A stretch of 64,000 nucleotides of DNA from an uncultured Bacilli bacterium (GCA_947631035.1 CANRJW010000001.1:5254-69253), one strand, 5' to 3'; positions 30,626-40,424 are shown, numbered from the stretch's first letter. Translations and numbers: made by a program. The notes: generated from the sequence alone by a model not told the origin.

Positions 30626-30892
30626 TTACCTTTCAATTAAAATTCTATCTTGAGGAGTAGTTGCAACAAACATTTCTGGAGAGATAAGTTCTTTATAAAA
30701 ACTTTCTATTTCATCTTGTTTTACATCTAAGAATTCAAGCATACCTATAACTGTATTTCTTGGAATCTTAAAAAAACAACCTTCAACACTTAATAATTCT
30801 AATAATAAATTCATTTTTTCTTGTTCCTCTTTTGTGTTAATTTTCTTTTTCTTTTCTTCAATTAAATAATCTAATTTTTCTAAAATATTCAT
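30626..30892 (-). CDS. 88-aa acidic protein translationally coupled (ATGA) to the end of the giant toxin gene; candidate immunity or accessory protein
   Basis: Position and overlap only; no motif. Confidence 0.35.
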   Translation of the reverse strand: MNILEKLDYLIEEKKKKINTKEEQEKMNLLLELLSVEGCFFKIPRNTVIGMLEFLDVKQDEIESFYKELISPEMFVATTPQDRILIER

Positions 30893-30894
30893 TT

Positions 30895-33800
30895 TTATCC
30901 TCCTATAACACCAATGCTCTGAATATAATTTTCATAATCCACATGATTATCAAACATTTTTTTGCCATTTTTTTGGTCATATACTATATAATCCGTACCA
31001 TTATCTTTAGATACTGTAATAATACAAAGTGGTATTGTTTTATCATCAGCTTTGATATATTCCGTTGCAGTGCTCACCTTTATATTATCTTGTTTATTAA
31101 ATAAAATATATTTCAAATTGCTAAAATAAACTCGAGCTTCAAATCCATCCATATATTCTGGAATTGGGGTATTTTCAAAATCTTTAATTAAATCAACAGT
31201 ATCAGTATTCTCCGTACTAGGTTTAAATACATTGTTGGCCTTTTCTAAAAGTTTATCAAAATATTCATTTTCTTTAACGCCAATTTTTTTATCCACATTT
31301 GCCCATGTTGTTCCATATTGTGCTAATACAGAATTATCCAAATTTACTAATCTTTTATGTGATAATTTATTCATATATCCATATACAAAACCAGCTGTAG
31401 CAAAACCACATTTGCAATTAACTAAATCATTTGATTTATTGATAGCATCGGTTGCATCAGCAACAATAACGCGATTTTCATCTACTTTAACTTCAACCCA
31501 TTTATGGGAACCCACACTATCACCACCAATAATGGATACATTTTTTTCTTCTATTCCACTAGCAATTAATAACTCGGCATATAACTGACTCCATCCTTTA
31601 CAAATGACATTATTGCTCTCTAAATTTTGAAAGTTAAGATTTTTATTATAAATAGTTGCCTTAATACCTAAATTTTCTTCATTATCATCCATAAAAGTTG
31701 TATCATAATGTACCCGTTTATTCAATTCATAATAAATTTTACGGGATTTTTCTAATATGGACCATTTTGAATCAATTAGTGACAATATTTCGTATTTTAT
31801 GTAATTTAAATTTTCTGTTGTAGTTGAATTGGTTGGATTTGAAATATCCCATTTTTCTGATAATTCTGCGCCTTCTATTTTATGTGCAACCTTATCATAC
31901 CAATCTCTAGCAACAATTTTTGATATTTTTTTCTCTTTTATAAAGTTGGCTAAATAAGAATTATCCCTGAAGTTTTCATAAGTATCATACTCGTATTTAG
32001 AAACTTTTTTATATTTTAGTTTACCTTCCTGTTGAACTAAAACAAAATATTCTTTTGAAGTAAATGCATTTTTTAAATTCCAATCCCCCTCATATATAAT
32101 AGCACTATCGTCTAGATTTCGAACCTTTAATTTTGAACTAGTAATAGTTTCTAAACCAGGATTTACTTTAAGAGCTGTAATTTTCACAGGTAAATCATTT
32201 AAATTTGTAGCCACTGCTCCTACTTCTGGAATACCAGCAAAAAATATTTTTTTACCAAAATTCATTACAGAATTACTATTTTTCAATAATTGACTCGACA
32301 TAATTTTATCAATATCTTTTTCACTAGAAAAATAATATAATCCTTCTTTTAAAATTTTATCATTCAAACCTTTAAAATAATTCGTGTCAGTATATATAAA
32401 TCTATGCATAGTCGAAATTAATTTATTGGACATTGCATTTAATACATTATGGCTTTGATAATTTGTTAATAACACATTCAAGTCAGGTAATTTCTTTTCA
32501 TTATTTAATGGTACTGTTACTTCTTCAGTAATATTTTCATCCGTATTTAAATTTTCTTCATTTGAAATAGTTATTGAATCTACTCGGATATCACTTTTAT
32601 CTTCTTTTAATTCTTCAGCATTATTTTCTTCTAATATGTCTGTAGCTTCATCAGCCTCTAGCACTTCTATTACATTATCATCCAATTTTTTGCTACTGCT
32701 AATAGAATTTTCTGCTATTTTGACATCAGGTCCTAAAGATTCAAAAGTTTTCTTTAACATATCACTGAACTCATCACCGAATATTTCTTTAAGAGTGGTT
32801 AAATATTTCTTATCTGTTAAAATTAAACTCGTATAAGTTGCAAACATCTCATGAAAAGAAATTAAATCACTTCCAATAGGATGATTTTCATAATATTCAG
32901 CACTATGACCATATCGAAGACGATATTTTTCATTTTGATTAAATGAAATCTCCGGATTTTTATAAACACTACAAATAATACTAGATAAATCTATTAAATC
33001 AGGGTATTTTTTAGACATATTCTCATAGGTTAGTTTTGTTATCTTATCGGATACCTCATAAGTAGCAACTTGCTCGCGTAATTCGGCACCACTTATATCT
33101 TTCAAATGTTCTTTTAAAGAAGGATGACGTTCAAATAAATTTTCTTTAATTTGCGTAAAATTTGTTTTATTGTAATTTTGTAATTCTTTAGTAACTACTT
33201 CATCTAATGTTGATACATTATATTGTTTCATGACACTTTTTTGGGCATCATTTAAACATTCATTGCGAGATTTTTCAATTTGTTCTTGTAATGAAATAAT
33301 TTTTTCTGAATTGACATTTTTTATAGCGCGTCCGATTATATTTTGATAATCGTCAGGTAATTTTTCATTTAATACTTTTTCAAAGAAGGCATGTCCCATT
33401 TCATGAAATAAAGCCCTAGAATTTTTCTTATCCGCATTAAGATAAACATTTCCGTTGTTTTCATAACTTCCTTCATTTGTTTCATAAAAATGAATTTGAT
33501 CTTTCATATTTAAAAGTAATTCTCTTATTGCTGTTGCTTCTGTATTGCCTTTTTTGGCAGAATCTAAAAGATAATCACTTACAAGTTTGACAAGTTTTGG
33601 ATCACTTTTTCCATCCTGAGTAAGCGTTTTTATAAAATGGCTTTCTTTCGATTCAAATATTGACTTTATCTTATTTTTGATTTTATCATCAATTTTTAAA
33701 TCCAGTATTGTATTCCCTTTTGAATTTGTTCTAATATTATATTTACTAGTATCCACTTTAGATAATTTTAAAATATTTTCTATAACAGAATAATCTATTT

Positions 33801-36800
33801 TTTTATCCGTTGTTTCAAACGTCATTTCATACATTTTAACGTTTCTTTGTCTTTGTTCTATTCCAAGAGCAAATCGTGCTACTGCCAAATTCGTTTCCTT
33901 TGTGGAAGGTGTTTTTGTTAAATTTTTAATAAAGCCTAATTTTTGCATTTGTCTTAATAACATAAAAGTATTTGCTTGACTTGTTGTTCCATATTTATGA
34001 TTTTTTTCTAATTGTTGGAAAGCATTTAAAGAACGAACCAAAAAATATTCTTGGGGATTATCTGAAAATCTAGATTTTATAAAATCATTATAAGAAAATA
34101 CATTTTGATTTAATTTTATAATTTGTTCCGTTTTACCATCAGCAGTCTGCATTTTAGAATCAGCAGTCATTAAAATACTATCTTTTATATTATTATTATA
34201 AAAACCATCATTCATTAAACTGATACTTTTTAAGGCAAGTGGTACACTTAAAACAGCCCCAATTGGACCAGAAGAAACTAAACTCGTGAAAGCAACAAGA
34301 CCTGCAGTTCCCCCTATCAGTTTTGCTCCTCGAACTGTAGCATTTTTAACTTGCTTAATTTTTAAAGGTTTAGAATCGTTTACTAACTCTAAAGTATTTT
34401 TATTTTCAAATAATGAATTTAAATAACTATCTTTTATCGATTGAACATTTTTTTTGTTATTAACATATTCTTCTATTTTCTTTCCTTCTTCGGTATTTTT
34501 ATAATGATCATATACATCTTTAGAAACTGATTCGTAGACTAACTCATCTTGTTTTTGTTTTAATACAAAATATTCTTTTGAAGCTTCCTGATTTGTCAAG
34601 TCAAATTTTCCATCATAACTAATGGCATGATCATCTAGATTTCGTATTTTTAACTTTGAACTTTCAATAATATCCGTTGTAGGCATAACTTTAACAGCCG
34701 TTGCTGTTAATGGCAAGTAATCCAAATTGGTTGCAAAAGCACCTACCTCTGGAACTCCTGAAAAGAAGAAAGTTTTTGGATTTCCATAAGAGGCATTAAT
34801 ACCGCTTGGCTTAATATAACCACTTTGCAGAATTTGATCTGCTGCACTTGTAAAATGATACAATCCATTCTTTTCTATTCCTTCATTTACACCAACAAAA
34901 TTATTTGTATTTTTGTATACATATTTTTTTAAATTTGACTCTAAAGTAAGTCGTATGGATTGTGGTAATGAAAAATTATTATATTTTAATCCATTTATTT
35001 TATCTTGAGTTTGAACTTTAGGCGTTTCCAATTTTTGTTTGTTCATTTGGGTATTTACTTCACTTATGACTAAATTTGGTGAATTTAAAATTCCACCTGT
35101 AATAGCTCCATAAATAGCACTCTTTTTGGCATTTTCAGTTACTTCTTGTAAATCAATATCTTCCTTAAAAATTCCATATCGTGTTAAGGCATCTACATAT
35201 TCTTGGGTTCCTTCTTCCACCCCTTCTTTTAACATGGATTGAGCAAACGTTTTTAATCCTGTTACATTAACATCACTTAATCCTGGTATTGCTCCTAAAA
35301 ATCTTTCCATTGTAGTTTCTGATACCCCTGATACCACTCCATATAAAACAGAATTTTTTAAATCCTTGCCTTCTACCATAGCACTATGGTAACTGCTACC
35401 TCCAGCACTAATTCCCATACTCACACTACCTACTGCTGGAGTACAAAGAATTCCTAAGGCCATACTTGGTATCATATTACCAATACTTTGTGATATTTCA
35501 TAATTATTATCAAGTATTTTATTGTACTTTTCCGTATTTTGTAAAGCTTCTAGGATATACATAGATTCATATTCATCTTCACTATAAATGCGCGAATCAC
35601 TTGCTAAATTATTTTCAATTCCTAAAAGGGAAGATGCATATGCCCCTACTCCTTTTATAGCATTTGCAAATCCGCCAAAAAAAGATTCTGTTCCATCTCC
35701 TAAACCTTTTCCTGCTACTTTTGCATGGTTTTCTAAAAAACTTGATAATTTCTTGGTAATTTCTTCGTTTGCTTTTTCATCTTCTAAACCATTTAAAAAT
35801 TTTTGGGCTTTTAAATATCCATTCATTTGATTGACATTATTTTTAGTAGCCAATAAATATTCTTCTGCTGCTTCTTCTCCTCTTTTTTCCCATAAATAAT
35901 TATACATTTTTGCTAATTCTGGATTGCTTTTGGAAGCTTTTAATAAACTTTCTAATTCTCCTTTATGTTCGATTGTAATTTGATCACGATTCGCATATTG
36001 GTTTAACGTTCTAAATTGTTCTAATGGACTTATCTCTTTCTTACCGATATCTTTAATACTGGCTTCTTTATAGTTATAATTTTGGTAATCTTCTGTCAAT
36101 GGTAATAATTCATACAAGGAACAACTTTTTAACTCTTTTGTTTTTTCAATAGAAGCTTCTAGTGTTGCTTTATCACTTTTTAGTTCATTTAAACGCTTGC
36201 TAAATTCTTGATAATTGGCAAAATTGGTTGATGCTTTTACAGCATTTGTTAAATCGGATTCACTTTTATTAACCGTTGCATACATCTTTTTGACATCACT
36301 ATCTTTTGCTTGACACAATTTTAATAATTCGGTTGTACTTAATGTTGCTAATTCCTTTTTGGTTATTCCCAGTTCTTTTAATTTAGAATCGGTACAGCCA
36401 AAATTTTTATAATCACTTATAAGTTTATTAATGTCTGCTTCTACCAATCTTTTTTGATTTTGGGCAAGTTCATTTGCTCGAGCAAATTGTTTTTCAAACG
36501 GAAGTAATTTGTTTAATTCTTCATTTACTGTGTCTAAAAGCCCATCATATTCCTCTATTTCTTTTTGATACATTTCTTCATATTCATGAAGTAAACTTTG
36601 AAAGGCATCACTTTCTACATTTTCCATATTGTCATATTGGGTATTATAAGCACCTAAATTCATTTTAAAATTTGCAAAAACAGCATTTAAGTTGTCCATG
36701 CCAAAAGAAGTTTTTTGAATTGAATTCAAATTGGGAATTATTAACGAAGAATGCTCTATAGGAAAAATTTTTTCGTCATATAATTTTAGTTTTGATAAAG

Positions 36801-37116
36801 AATTACGATATTTTCCAACAATACCCCTTGTGCTTGAATCAAATAATCCTTTTTGTCCACTATTACTTAAATTTTCTTCTATAGCCTCTAAATCAAAAGC
36901 ATATTCTCTTAAATACTCTGCAACATTTCCAATATTCTTAGCAATAGTTATATAATTTTTATTTATTTTTCCTAAATAAGTAGATACAGGTGTCCCGCTG
37001 GAACTATACGAATTGGGTATAAAATTTTTTTGTTTATTTTGATAGTAAGTTTGATAGTTTTTCATTGTATTAATATTGGTTGTAATAGCACTAGTGCTGG
37101 CAAATAACTTATCCAT
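30895..37116 (-). CDS. Giant (~2074 aa from ATG 37116) multi-domain polymorphic-toxin candidate in the T7SSb locus: helical LXG-like N-terminal region, glycine-rich PT-TG-like segments, duplicated ~150-aa domain, HExxH zincin motif, C-terminal transglutaminase-like Cys-His-Asp domain
   Basis: Track ORF starts at TTG 37155, but ATG 37116 has an AAGGA RBS. Gly-rich segments FFGGFANAIKGVGAYASS..MGISAGGSSYHSAMVEG and LIGGTAGLVAFTSLVSSGPIGAVLSVP. Internal repeats GLYHFTSAADQIL..FFFSGVPEVGAFATNL..SSKLKIRNLDD vs GLYYFSSEKDIDKI..IFFAGIPEVGAVATNL..SSKLKVRNLDD. HEMGH encoded at 33391-33405. C-terminus CKGWSQLYAELLIASGI ... GSHKWVEVKV ... VIVADATD resembles a transglutaminase/papain-like triad. Confidence 0.6.
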   Translation of the reverse strand: MDKLFASTSAITTNINTMKNYQTYYQNKQKNFIPNSYSSSGTPVSTYLGKINKNYITIAKNIGNVAEYLREYAFDLEAIEENLSNSGQKGLFDSSTRGIVGKYRNSLSKLKLYDEKIFPIEHSSLIIPNLNSIQKTSFGMDNLNAVFANFKMNLGAYNTQYDNMENVESDAFQSLLHEYEEMYQKEIEEYDGLLDTVNEELNKLLPFEKQFARANELAQNQKRLVEADINKLISDYKNFGCTDSKLKELGITKKELATLSTTELLKLCQAKDSDVKKMYATVNKSESDLTNAVKASTNFANYQEFSKRLNELKSDKATLEASIEKTKELKSCSLYELLPLTEDYQNYNYKEASIKDIGKKEISPLEQFRTLNQYANRDQITIEHKGELESLLKASKSNPELAKMYNYLWEKRGEEAAEEYLLATKNNVNQMNGYLKAQKFLNGLEDEKANEEITKKLSSFLENHAKVAGKGLGDGTESFFGGFANAIKGVGAYASSLLGIENNLASDSRIYSEDEYESMYILEALQNTEKYNKILDNNYEISQSIGNMIPSMALGILCTPAVGSVSMGISAGGSSYHSAMVEGKDLKNSVLYGVVSGVSETTMERFLGAIPGLSDVNVTGLKTFAQSMLKEGVEEGTQEYVDALTRYGIFKEDIDLQEVTENAKKSAIYGAITGGILNSPNLVISEVNTQMNKQKLETPKVQTQDKINGLKYNNFSLPQSIRLTLESNLKKYVYKNTNNFVGVNEGIEKNGLYHFTSAADQILQSGYIKPSGINASYGNPKTFFFSGVPEVGAFATNLDYLPLTATAVKVMPTTDIIESSKLKIRNLDDHAISYDGKFDLTNQEASKEYFVLKQKQDELVYESVSKDVYDHYKNTEEGKKIEEYVNNKKNVQSIKDSYLNSLFENKNTLELVNDSKPLKIKQVKNATVRGAKLIGGTAGLVAFTSLVSSGPIGAVLSVPLALKSISLMNDGFYNNNIKDSILMTADSKMQTADGKTEQIIKLNQNVFSYNDFIKSRFSDNPQEYFLVRSLNAFQQLEKNHKYGTTSQANTFMLLRQMQKLGFIKNLTKTPSTKETNLAVARFALGIEQRQRNVKMYEMTFETTDKKIDYSVIENILKLSKVDTSKYNIRTNSKGNTILDLKIDDKIKNKIKSIFESKESHFIKTLTQDGKSDPKLVKLVSDYLLDSAKKGNTEATAIRELLLNMKDQIHFYETNEGSYENNGNVYLNADKKNSRALFHEMGHAFFEKVLNEKLPDDYQNIIGRAIKNVNSEKIISLQEQIEKSRNECLNDAQKSVMKQYNVSTLDEVVTKELQNYNKTNFTQIKENLFERHPSLKEHLKDISGAELREQVATYEVSDKITKLTYENMSKKYPDLIDLSSIICSVYKNPEISFNQNEKYRLRYGHSAEYYENHPIGSDLISFHEMFATYTSLILTDKKYLTTLKEIFGDEFSDMLKKTFESLGPDVKIAENSISSSKKLDDNVIEVLEADEATDILEENNAEELKEDKSDIRVDSITISNEENLNTDENITEEVTVPLNNEKKLPDLNVLLTNYQSHNVLNAMSNKLISTMHRFIYTDTNYFKGLNDKILKEGLYYFSSEKDIDKIMSSQLLKNSNSVMNFGKKIFFAGIPEVGAVATNLNDLPVKITALKVNPGLETITSSKLKVRNLDDSAIIYEGDWNLKNAFTSKEYFVLVQQEGKLKYKKVSKYEYDTYENFRDNSYLANFIKEKKISKIVARDWYDKVAHKIEGAELSEKWDISNPTNSTTTENLNYIKYEILSLIDSKWSILEKSRKIYYELNKRVHYDTTFMDDNEENLGIKATIYNKNLNFQNLESNNVICKGWSQLYAELLIASGIEEKNVSIIGGDSVGSHKWVEVKVDENRVIVADATDAINKSNDLVNCKCGFATAGFVYGYMNKLSHKRLVNLDNSVLAQYGTTWANVDKKIGVKENEYFDKLLEKANNVFKPSTENTDTVDLIKDFENTPIPEYMDGFEARVYFSNLKYILFNKQDNIKVSTATEYIKADDKTIPLCIITVSKDNGTDYIVYDQKNGKKMFDNHVDYENYIQSIGVIGG

Positions 37117-37226
37117 ATTAATACATCCTTTCTTCTTAGAGGCATAGAAAAACAACCCTACTTTATTATTACTTAAATCTTATCATATTTTCAGGTTGTC
37201 TTCAATCATTTTAAATTCTTTATCTA

Positions 37227-37234
37227 TTTTGTTT
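37227..37234. repeat. 8-bp target-site duplication TTTTGTTT, left copy, of the IS66-family insertion
   Basis: Identical octamer abuts both ends of the element (second copy at 39026-39033). Confidence 0.8.
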
Positions 37235-39025
37235 GTTACAATTCACAGCTGAAATAAAAAGAAACTAGAAAAAAGAAAGAAATTCTAGTTTTTTAAATGT
37301 TAAAAGAATAGTTAATAAGTAGGTAAAATTTGTTCATAACTATAAGCATTATTTCTAGGTTAAACGGGCAATAAATGGTATAATTATCTTATAAAGTTGG
37401 TGGCAATAATGGCAGTAGAAACAAGTTTAAGTAAATTACAAAAGCAAGTAGATAAATTAGAAAAAGATAATTTAAAATTAAGAGATTTATTGGCAGAAAG
37501 AAAAGCAAAACAAGAACAAGCAGAAAAATCATTAAAATATTATAAAGAGAATATAGAAAAAATAGTAACAGATGCAGTGGAAAAAGCAACCACAGAACTA
37601 ATGAAAGAATTAAATAAAATAAAAGAAGAAAATGAACATTTAAAAAGGATATTAAACCATGATAGTAGTAATACAGGAATACCAACAAGTAAAACGAAAA
37701 TAGGAGAAGAAAAAAGAATACCGAATTCAAGAGAAAAAAGTAATAAATCAAAAGGTGGACAAACAGGACATAAAAAAACGAAGTTAGAAAAATTTAAAGA
37801 TAATGAAATAACAGATACCTATACATATGAAATAGCAAAACCAATCTGTAATGAATGTGGAGGTAAATTAAACTTAATAGGAAAAAGAAGCAAAGATGAT
37901 TTTGATATAGAAATAAGATTAGTAAAAAGAAGAAATGAATTTTGTATATATGAATGTAGTTGTTGTCATAAAGAAATAAAAGTACCAATACCAGATAAAT
38001 TAAAGGAAGAAAATCAATATGGAAGTAATGCTCAAGCACTAGCCATATCACTAGTAAATGAAGGATATGTATCCTTTAAAAGAACCAGAGAGTTAATAAG
38101 TGGCTTTACAGGTGGAGAAATGAATATGAGCGAAGGATACATAGTCAAATTACAAAAGAGATGTTATGAAAAATTAAAAGAATTTGACAATAGTCTTCAC
38201 CAAGAGATATTAAAACAATCCTTATTAAACTGGGATGATACAACAATAAGTATCAACGGAAAGCAATCATGCTTAAGATTTTATGGAAATGAAAATCTAA
38301 GATATTACAAAGCTCATGCAAAGAAAGATAAAGATGGAATAGATGAAGATGGAATACTTAAATATCTAAGTAAAGATACTATGGTAGTACATGATCACAA
38401 TAAAGTAAATTATAATGAAGATTATGACTTTACGAATGCAGAATGTTGTGTACATTTAATACGTGATTTAAGAGAACTAAATGATTGTCTTTCTAGAGAA
38501 TGGATAGAAAATCTCATAAAGTTATTAGTAGATACAAATGACAAAAGAAAAGAATATATAGATAAAAGTATTCTTCAATTTGATAGTGAAGTATCAGATA
38601 AAGTAATAGAAGATTATGACAAAATCATAGAACAAGCCAAAAAAATCAATTTAAAAGATTTCAATCAATATTATGGAAAAGAAGAAAGAACAATGATAAA
38701 GAGGCTTGAAGATTATAAAGAGAATTATCTATTATGGGTACTAAGATTTGATATACCATTTTCAAATAATCTAAGTGAACGAGCATTAAGAGGGAGCAAG
38801 ACAAAAATGAAAGTATCAGGACAGTTTGCAAATATACAAAATGCTGAATACTTCGCAAGAATAAAATCTTATATGGAAACTTGCAAATGTCATAATATTA
38901 ATCCTCACACTGCCTTAGTTCGACTTATAGAAGATAATCCTTATACTTTAGAAGAATTAAAAATAAACTAAGTTTTTGCTTAGTCTATTTTATGTTATTT
39001 TCTTTTCGGGGCTGTGAATAGTAAC
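37235..39025 (+). mobile_element. Intact single-ORF IS66-family insertion sequence (1791 bp) with imperfect terminal inverted repeats and a perfect 8-bp TSD
   Basis: IRL GTTACAATTCACAGCTGAAATAAAAAGAAA vs reverse complement of the right end GTTACTATTCACAGCCCCGAAAAGAAAATAA; flanked by TTTTGTTT on both sides; encodes an IS66-type transposase. Confidence 0.8.
37397..38971 (+). CDS. IS66-family transposase
   Basis: 524 aa; N-terminal leucine zipper/coiled coil; GGQTGHKKTK (IS66 GQPGHKG-like); C-x2-C...C-x2-C zinc-ribbon; WDDTTISINGK DDE region; C-terminal NNLSERALRGSKTKMKVSGQF..ETCKCHNINP matches the IS66 NNxAERALR tail. Confidence 0.85.
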   Translation: MVAIMAVETSLSKLQKQVDKLEKDNLKLRDLLAERKAKQEQAEKSLKYYKENIEKIVTDAVEKATTELMKELNKIKEENEHLKRILNHDSSNTGIPTSKTKIGEEKRIPNSREKSNKSKGGQTGHKKTKLEKFKDNEITDTYTYEIAKPICNECGGKLNLIGKRSKDDFDIEIRLVKRRNEFCIYECSCCHKEIKVPIPDKLKEENQYGSNAQALAISLVNEGYVSFKRTRELISGFTGGEMNMSEGYIVKLQKRCYEKLKEFDNSLHQEILKQSLLNWDDTTISINGKQSCLRFYGNENLRYYKAHAKKDKDGIDEDGILKYLSKDTMVVHDHNKVNYNEDYDFTNAECCVHLIRDLRELNDCLSREWIENLIKLLVDTNDKRKEYIDKSILQFDSEVSDKVIEDYDKIIEQAKKINLKDFNQYYGKEERTMIKRLEDYKENYLLWVLRFDIPFSNNLSERALRGSKTKMKVSGQFANIQNAEYFARIKSYMETCKCHNINPHTALVRLIEDNPYTLEELKIN

Positions 39026-39261
39026 TTTTGTTTTGCTTCTAAACAAGAGCCTTCACAATTTTCATTGTAGCACTTTGTTTCAAAAATTTTTATTTTCTTT
39101 TCTAGTGCTTCTTCAAGAATTTGGCAACGCACTTCATAACTCATAGAAGTCCAATCAAAAGGATATAAATCAGAATCATATTCTCCGACTTTTTCTTCTT
39201 TGTCAAACATTTTTGCATAAGCGGTTTGCATAAAATAGCATAACATTTTATTCTCATTCAT
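38995..39261 (-). CDS. Small Cys-rich protein (88 aa) whose last 9 codons are supplied by the IS66 right end; the ancestral ORF ended ...EAKQNR*
   Basis: Codon-by-codon reading across the IS junction at 39025/39026; seven Cys residues; no family assigned. Confidence 0.4.
   Translation of the reverse strand: MNENKMLCYFMQTAYAKMFDKEEKVGEYDSDLYPFDWTSMSYEVRCQILEEALEKKIKIFETKCYNENCEGSCLEAKQKLLFTAPKRK
39026..39033. repeat. 8-bp target-site duplication TTTTGTTT, right copy
   Basis: See 37227-37234. Confidence 0.8.
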
Positions 39262-39317
39262 ATTTTTCCAACTTTCCTATAAACCTATTTTTACTCTAGC
39301 ATATTTTTAAAGTATCT

Positions 39318-39812
39318 TCAATTGCTTAATAAACTATCAACCGTTTTTTCTAGAGTTTCGATATTACGATTTTTCGTAGCAACTAAATTATTTTTCGTAT
39401 TAATTTGATTCACTACCCCTTGGTCAAGCACCGTTCTTTCGTCTTCAAAGTGATTTCCATATTCATCGGTATAAGAATAAGTTTCTGTTCTATATTTATG
39501 GCGTTCTAAGCCTGAAATCTCTGTTTTTAAGTTTTTTACTTCTCTTTCCAAAGCCTGAATTTTTATAATATTCTCACAAGCGGTTTTTAAAGTAGTTAAA
39601 TTTTTTTTCAAAGTCGCTACGGAGCCAATTTTAGCACTGGCCATAATTTCACTCGTTTTTACTTGAATCACATTGGTAATGGAAGAATGTAAAACACCGG
39701 GATTTATTAAATTTTCCTTTATGGGATCAAGATTATAATTGGATAATTCACTTAAAGAAGATTCAATCATATTTTTTAAAGATTCTGCTGCAACATTCGA
39801 ATATTTACTCAT
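39318..39812 (-). CDS. Helical/coiled-coil small protein (164 aa), T7SS toxin-associated accessory candidate (Lap/DUF-type)
   Basis: Heptad-rich sequence; position in the pre-toxin gene array. Confidence 0.35.
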   Translation of the reverse strand: MSKYSNVAAESLKNMIESSLSELSNYNLDPIKENLINPGVLHSSITNVIQVKTSEIMASAKIGSVATLKKNLTTLKTACENIIKIQALEREVKNLKTEISGLERHKYRTETYSYTDEYGNHFEDERTVLDQGVVNQINTKNNLVATKNRNIETLEKTVDSLLSN

Positions 39813-39821
39813 AATAATCCT

Positions 39822-40109
39822 CTAAAATTTCATATAACTGCTAATTCCTTGTTCTGTTCTACGATAATTTTCAACTACCGTATCTAAATAGATTTTGATA
39901 TTATAAAATTTAGAATTAACACTTTCCATATTGGATAAAATTTCTTTAACTTGATTATAAAAATAATTCCTCGTTTGTGAATTCCAATTTGCAGAGTTAT
40001 AAATCACTTTATAAGAATCTTCTAATGCATCCATTGTGGTATTTATTTTTTTAAATATTGTATCTAAAATAACGGCATAATTTTCTAATTCATTATAATC
40101 GCAATACAT
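39822..40109 (-). CDS. WXG100-like small helical protein (95 aa)
   Basis: Two predicted helices around the NSANWNSQTRNYF turn; size and context. Confidence 0.4.
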   Translation of the reverse strand: MYCDYNELENYAVILDTIFKKINTTMDALEDSYKVIYNSANWNSQTRNYFYNQVKEILSNMESVNSKFYNIKIYLDTVVENYRRTEQGISSYMKF

Positions 40110-40121
40110 ATTGAATCCCTT

Positions 40122-40424
40122 CTATTCTATATTGACTTCTTTACTAGCATATTGAGTATCTAATGTTTCCTCTGCTTCTACATATCCTTTAACAAATTCA
40201 TTAAAAGAAGTGATTTGGTTTTGAAACATATCCAATTCTTTGATAAAACTATTCATTTTAGAAAAAAAATTAGTGTATTCGTCTTCTTTCCAGATGTCCC
40301 CTATTTCTAATATTGTTTTTTCAATATCTTTTGTATTACTTTCTAAATCTTTAATATAACTATCACATTTATTGGTTTCGCTGTGAAGTGTTTCTATATT
40401 AGCTAGAATTACCATATATTTCAC
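40122..40424 (-). CDS. WXG100-like small helical protein (100 aa)
   Basis: Helix-turn-helix hairpin around IGDIWKEDEYTNFF; size and context. Confidence 0.4.
   Translation of the reverse strand: MKYMVILANIETLHSETNKCDSYIKDLESNTKDIEKTILEIGDIWKEDEYTNFFSKMNSFIKELDMFQNQITSFNEFVKGYVEAEETLDTQYASKEVNIE

Noticed and set aside
30895-37155. Giant protein as an Rhs/YD-repeat toxin, phage tape-measure or cell-wall adhesin
   Set aside because: No YD/Rhs repeats, no signal peptide or sortase signal, no tape-measure-like periodicity; context (WXG100 genes, EssC) and the Gly-rich PT-TG-like segments fit a T7SS substrate better.
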